Assembly (NCBI GenBank): GCA_013239625.1
Contig: MU054466.1
Coordinates: 2,319,770-2,383,769, forward strand
Source of the DNA: Lama guanicoe
Lineage: Eukaryota
Reading direction: 5' to 3'
Length of the DNA: 64,000 bases
Position numbers and translations under genes: made by a program. Shown piece after piece: positions 58,806-64,000 of this stretch. A model generated the notes under the pieces. It did no database searches, was not told where the DNA came from, and worked only from the letters and a program-made list of their open reading frames with translations. Numbering within the stretch: position 1 is the stretch's first letter; every line of letters starts with the position of its first letter.

Positions 58806-60708
58806 GGTATGTCTTCCGTACGGGCTGGCCCAGGTCGGCTCTCCGCTGCTTCCCTCACACCCGGACCGACCCGTGGTGGAGCGGAGAGCTCCCCGAGGCG
58901 AGGAGCCTAGGCGGGGGAGGAGGCAGCAGCCCTTGTCGATGATGGCACGGCCGTTTCGCACAGAAGCATCATTTCTGCAGGAGTCAGACTTTCTCTGGAA
59001 TGGCTTAAGTCAAAATCTGGGGGAAGGCCTTCTGCTTGGCGGCAGAGCTGAGATCTGTTTGTTTTCCTGTAGTAAGAGATGTGGGAAAGCTCACCCCTGG
59101 AGAAGGTAACATTTCTTATGGTCGTGGTCGTGGATGTGAGTTTTTGAAATACCCATTGCTTTGGTCTGGTAGTGTTGGGTCTCCCCTGGGGTTCTAGGAG
59201 CTCGAGTGGCTTCCTAAAACAGGCGATGAGAGAGGAAAAATCCCAGTCCACCATCTGTAAGGGATGCGGGGATTCAGGCCTCCCAGGAGAAGGACGCTCC
59301 GGGCGCTCTTTCCTGGCTGGTGGTTGCTCTGCAGAAGAGCTCTCTGAAAGGCCCCCGGGAGGCACCAGGGAGGCACCAGCCGTGTGAGTGGGGCCTCCCG
59401 CCAGCACGTGGTTGACTCTGGGAGTCTTGAGTGCAGTTTATGCTGGGAAAATGCATTTCAAGGGAGGAGGGAGAGAAAATGTGCTTGAATGGTGATTGTT
59501 TGGAGGAAGTCTTGTTTGAGTCGAGTGAGAAATATGCACAGATTAAGTGTGAGCTGTTTCCGGACCGTAAGAAACGTGGACTGGAGAGAGAGCACCCTTC
59601 CCGAGTTCTGAAGGAGACCTTACCACGTGTGTAGGTCGCAGGGCTCGCTGGTGATTTCAAGGACAGCTTTCTCTGGGTTGCTACACCTTGGAGGGAAATC
59701 ATTAAGTTGCTGCTTCATGTTTCATGTGGAATTGGTGATGTAGAGGTTTGATCTGTCAAAATCTGAAAAGTTGTTTATTCAAATCTCCAACTCCATACTG
59801 AGGAGTGGGCTCTGTGGGCTAGGTGTTCCTTAAGTTGTTTATCTCGAAGAAAATTGGGTTAAATCTCCCAAGTTCTGTTTATTCTCTAGCTTCTCTGTTC
59901 CCAGACCCATGCCCACTGGTGACATATCTTCACCTGTCCTTGGTGGTATGTGATCCTGTTGGGAAGAGCGGCATTGTAAGGAGCTTTCATAAGACAGACA
60001 TCTCCACATTACAAGTGGCCTTCATTCTAATACGTTCACTATGCCTTTTTTAAACCCTCGGAGTCAATGTGCTTTGGTTTATGGACGTCACACGTGATAT
60101 AGCTGAACCTTGCGGTAAAGTCAGGTGGGGACAGGAGAGGTCCTGCACAGAGATTACTGACACTGATTAAGGGAGCTGTTCTCTCTCCATTTTGTGTGGA
60201 CGTTTTCCCAGGTAAAAAGGTTTTAAGTGCCTGATTTTCTGTAATCATAGTGATTGTGGATAGTAATTAAAGAAAAAAAACAACCCAGACTTGAAATAGT
60301 GAAAATTTGGCAACTCTCATCTCGCCTTCGATTTTCTTTTTTTGGGAAAATCTTAGTGGCTCACGAAATCTGGAAGCTGGAGAGTATTATCTGTTATCTA
60401 GTAGACCTTGCAAATGCGACGTAGACCAGAGTTGACTGGCTGGTGTGGGGAGATCTTTGTTCACTGGGCTTGTCGCTGGTATGAAAGTTAAGATAAGGAG
60501 CAAAGGTTAGTGTTTTCACATCATGTCTACCGGAATTGTCCGTAGCGAGTTAGCTTAGTTCTCCTCCACACTTCCTACTGCTGTTCCTTCAGCCTGAATG
60601 CTGACTGTTCCCGGTAGATGGGTGGCCTTCCTACTCCGTGTCCAGGGAGTGGGCTGATGAAACAGTGGGACGAGCGCTGGCTTCATTGATGCTCTGTTCA
60701 TCCCACAG

Positions 60709-60871
60709 ATTCTGGCGCCTGTTCTGGACCACACGCCTGTGGTTTTGGTAATTTAACAGGCCAAACCTGGGGAGCACAGGAATTTGAGGGGCCGGCACCC
60801 CACCTGCCCAGTCCGGCCAGGGACCTGACCCCATGCTGCAGGAACGGCTCACCCAAGTTCAGACACCCCAG
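60709..60871 (+). other. USP36: USP36 non-coding exon 2
   Basis: ttcatcccacag| acceptor, strong CAG|GTAAGC donor, 163 nt; resembles the recalled human USP36 5'UTR exon. Confidence 0.65.
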
Positions 60872-61749
60872 GTAAGCCCGCACAGGCTGCTGTGCGTCTT
60901 CCTTCCCTCGAGGTACCCGCAGGTGGCCCAGCAGACATTGTTCAGTTGGTGAGAACTCTTAGGTGATCCCCCTTGGGAAATGTTCTTCATTTTTTTCATG
61001 TCAAAGAACTTGTGCTTGCTTTCTTAAAAGTAAGTTTCTTACATATCTGTTCTTTACAGAAATTTTTGTAGAAAAATTTGATCCACATACAGAATTAGAT
61101 GCCCCCTACCCATAAGTTTGGATGGTTTAATAAGAGGTGTTGGGGGTGGTCCTTCCACTTGAGCAGTTTTGGGTGCACCTGACGGACTGGGTCAGGCCAG
61201 AGACCGCATCCCTGAGGGAGTCTCTGTTTTTCTGATGGGAGTGAGCTGTTTCAGGAACGTGCTTTTCTAATGTGGCTCAGATGGTCCTTGAGCTTTGGCT
61301 GGATGGTCGAGTTGAGAGCTTGTGGGTGGGGAAGAGAAGAAGATACAGTTGCTGCAGTTAGAGGTGCTGGGGGTTTCCGGTTTGCTACAGTTTCTGCACC
61401 GGGGCCCCCCTGGTGTCAGGTCTGTCACTCAGTGACTCTTCCGCAGGCAGCACTCAGCACTCACCCAGTGCCTGTCTTCCCGTTGACCCACAGCCACCTT
61501 TGATGCTGTTTGTTCCTGTTTCATAAGGAATGGTCTCCAGCAGTCACAGTCATTGTCCTTGGAGTTTATAGCTAATTGGTGATGGAATTACCCAGACCTG
61601 CCATGTTCCAGAGGCTGGAGCTGCCGCCACGCCCCCCACCTGCCCCCACCTGCCCGTTTGCTTCAGTTTAGGTGACTTGTGACTGCTGTTCTAGTCCTGT
61701 TGCTGTCTTTTCTCTCCTCCCTCACTTAAAAAGAATGATAATCTGTACA

Positions 61750-62030
61750 AGCACCATCCAGTAGCACAAGCTACAAGTATAATTTAGTCTTACAGCAGCC
61801 ACATTAAAAATAAAAAGAAGCAAGTGAGATTAATTTTCATAATATATTTCATTTAACCCAGTACGTGTGAATATTGCCATTTCGGCATATAAGCAGTCTT
61901 AAGATTACTGAGGCATTTTACGTTCTCAAACTGAGTCTTCAGAATCCTGTGTGTTTTACAGTCTCAGCACATCTCAGTTTGGACCAGGTTCATTTCACGT
62001 GGTCAGAGGCCACGTGAGGGCTGTGGGCTT
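61750..62030. mobile_element. MER33-like DNA transposon
   Basis: agccacattaaaaa..aaaaagaagcaagtgagattaattttcataatatatttcatttaacccag...cagcacatctcagtttggacca. Confidence 0.7.
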
Positions 62031-62514
62031 CATTTTGAGTGTGGGTGTGAACAGAGTGTGCTTACCTCATGCACCACACAGATTCCTTTAAGTGGATTTG
62101 TGTGTGCGACCGAGTGTCTTGCGAGGATTAGTGTTTCCCTGATTTTGAGCAGGTGTGAGGACCACTTGGTAGCCTCTAGAAGGAAATCACACCAAGCGTG
62201 GTGTCTGGGGTCACTTGGTGGCATCTGTCGAAGAGACGCCGCTGCTGTGAGGGTCTGGCCTCCTCGATGCAGCTTCTGCCTGCTTAGAGGCACTTGTCTG
62301 TTTGAGAGGGCGGGCAGGGATGCTGCTCGGTCCCAGGGAGCAGTACCGTCTCCATGTCTTACCCTTCCTTTGTAGGGGTGGCAGCTGACCCAGAGACTCT
62401 TTTGTGGTGGGCTGCATCTGTAAGGACCCAGAGGGAGCTGTCAGGGAGAGGATGCCCTGTTCCCGGCACTGGGCACCCGTCACTCTGTTCCTTCTGTCCC
62501 CACAGTGATGCACC

Positions 62515-62767
62515 ATGCCCATTGTCGACAAGTTGAAGGAGGCCCTGAAGCCTGGCCGCAAGGACTCGGCTGACGAGGGGGAGCTGGGGAAGCTTCTGGC
62601 CTCCTCTGCCAAGAAGGTCCTTCTACAGAAGCTCGAGTTCGAGCCGGCCAGCAAGAGTTTCTCCTACCAGCTGGAGTCCCTGAAGAGCAAATATGTGCTG
62701 CTGAATCCCAGGACCGAGGGGGCCGGCTGCCACAGGAGTGGGGATGAGCCGCCAGCCAGGAGACAGG
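62515..62767 (+). CDS. USP36: USP36 first coding exon (exon starts 62506)
   Basis: cccacag|TGATGCACCATG; MPIVDKLKEALKPGRKDSADEGELGKLLASSAKKVLLQKLEFEPASKSFSYQLESLKSKYVLLNP...RRQ(G); donor GT at 62768, phase 1. Confidence 0.95.
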
Positions 62768-63254
62768 GTACAGACGCTTCGTGCGCTGGAGAAAGGGCCT
62801 CCCTGGGCTGAGCAAGTGGACGGACGAGACGTTGACTGATGAGTAGGAACAAAACCAGAATGTGGTCAGCTGTGAATGCTGGCTGGGTCTGTAGGTTTTA
62901 GGTACAGAAGTGATGCTACAGGAGGGGGTGTTAAGGAAGAGCTCTGTGTCCTTAGAGATTCTTAGGAGCCTGTGTGTTAAGAGGCTTGAGAGCTGGGCTG
63001 GGAAACCAGGAGGAGGAAGGGGTGAGTTGAGCGCAGGGGCCAGGTTCCTCCAGCTGCTCTGTCTCGGAACCTTGTCCTCTGACACAGGGTCCCTGAGTTC
63101 TCGACCCAGGCAGTCAGGAAGAACCACGGACAGGCTTTCTAGAACTTCCGCAGTGGGACCTCAGTTACCCCCGGAGGCCGCGCCTGAGCCAGCGCGCGCC
63201 GCGTGTGCGTGGACCTGCGGCGTCCTGACCTCCCCCCGTCCCTGTCTCCCCCAG

Positions 63255-63476
63255 GCGGCGAGCACGCGTCCGGGAGCGGCGGCGATGGCGTCCCCGCCCC
63301 GCAGAAGGTGCTCTTCCCCGGGGAGCGACTGTCGCTGCGCTGGGGGCGCGTGTACCGCGTGGGCGCGGGGCTGCACAACCTCGGGAACACCTGCTTCCTC
63401 AACTCGACGGTGCAGTGCTTGACCTACACGCCACCCCTGGCCAACTACCTGCTCTCCAGGGAGCACACGCGCGGCT
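63255..63476 (+). CDS. USP36: USP36 second coding exon with USP Cys box; gene continues beyond the window
   Basis: tctcccccag| acceptor; [13 protein letters not shown]...[14 protein letters not shown]. The catalytic Cys (TGC 63392-63394) is codon 131 of the joined CDS; donor GTGAGT at 63477. Confidence 0.96.
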
Positions 63477-63658
63477 GTGAGTGTGAGCGCGGCGGGGCGG
63501 GCCGGGGCGGGCCGTGCACACGCGGGGCCGGGAGTGAGCGCGGCGGGGCGGGCCATGCACAAGCCGGGCTGGGAGTGTGAATGTGGTAGGGCGGGCTGTG
63601 CACACTTGAGGCTGGGAGTGTGAGCGCGGCGGGGTGGGCCGTGCACACATGAAAGTGT
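63461..63658 (+). repeat. ~43-bp GC-rich minisatellite spanning the USP36 exon/intron junction (~4.5 copies)
   Basis: Units start at 63461, 63514, 63555, 63598 and 63641; consensus ~gtgcacacgcgggctgggagtgtgagcgcggcggggcgggcc. Confidence 0.85.
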
Positions 63659-63739
63659 GGCATTTCATGTCAGTTTTTCATGTATACATGTGTCTCCTAT
63701 TTTAAATAAATGGAACTTTGGGGAGAAATCCGTAGGACT

Positions 63740-64000
63740 TACGTATGGAAAAAATGAGATAGACTACCCATGTCACAGCATACTCACACCAGAAAATGGA
63801 TTAAAAACTTAGTATCAGGAGTAAAAACCATGCTTTTATGACAAACATGAGCAAATATCTTTCTGACCCTGGGTTGGGAGATGTCTTGAATGAGACTCGG
63901 AAGGCACAAACCACAAAAGAAAAAGATGGATAAATTCAGCTGCATGAAAATTAAGAACTTCTGTTTATGAAAAAACAAAAGACAAACAGGGAACTACAAA
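63740..64000 (+). mobile_element. Old L1 ORF2-region fragment
   Basis: aaaatggattaaaaactta...aaatatctttctgaccctgggttggg...aaggcacaaaccacaaaagaaaaagatggataaatt...aaaattaagaacttctgtt. Confidence 0.72.

Larger units (their letters stand above)
58070..58930 (+). promoter_or_regulatory. USP36: USP36 CpG-island promoter
   Basis: CpG dense. ETS CCGGAAG 58172-58178, GC boxes, CRE-like TGCGTCA 58254-58260 and TGACGT 58295-58300, E-box CACGTG 58436-58441. Confidence 0.85.

Noticed and set aside
57840-59109. Long ORFs (up to 293 aa) over the USP36 promoter
   Set aside because: CpG-island and tandem-repeat artefacts.
63461-63658. CRISPR-like array
   Set aside because: Eukaryotic intron; head-to-tail degenerate units without unique spacers; no cas genes.

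Overview
Mammalian genomic DNA, most likely a camelid (three tRNA-Ala-derived, vic-1-like SINEs), syntenic to human 17q25.3. All genes are on the + strand. It contains the complete TIMP2 gene: CpG-island promoter at ~8.5-9.4 kb, five coding exons giving 663 nt/220 aa (9141-48279), and a ~2.6 kb 3'UTR with proximal and distal poly(A) signals. The testis gene CEP295NL/DDC8 is nested in TIMP2 intron 1 (upstream exon 20539-20680, main ORF 25892-27673). The 5' end of USP36 follows (CpG-island promoter ~58.1-58.9 kb, two non-coding exons, first two coding exons including the catalytic Cys box). The rest is intronic or intergenic, with L1, L2, MIR, MLT1, MER and SINE remnants. A 100-N assembly gap abuts the TIMP2 ATG. 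I see no wholly new gene system. The best leads are: (1) a 1-nt deletion that shifts the conserved helical C-terminus of CEP295NL out of frame, along with decay of its upstream coding segment; (2) a start codon that would be created only by the CEP295NL-exon to TIMP2-exon-2 splice junction, giving a leaderless 177-aa TIMP2; (3) a minisatellite built from the USP36 exon/intron junction, with the donor inactivated in the extra copies; (4) convergent CTCF-like motifs. Orthologue comparisons are from recalled human sequences and need confirming by alignment.
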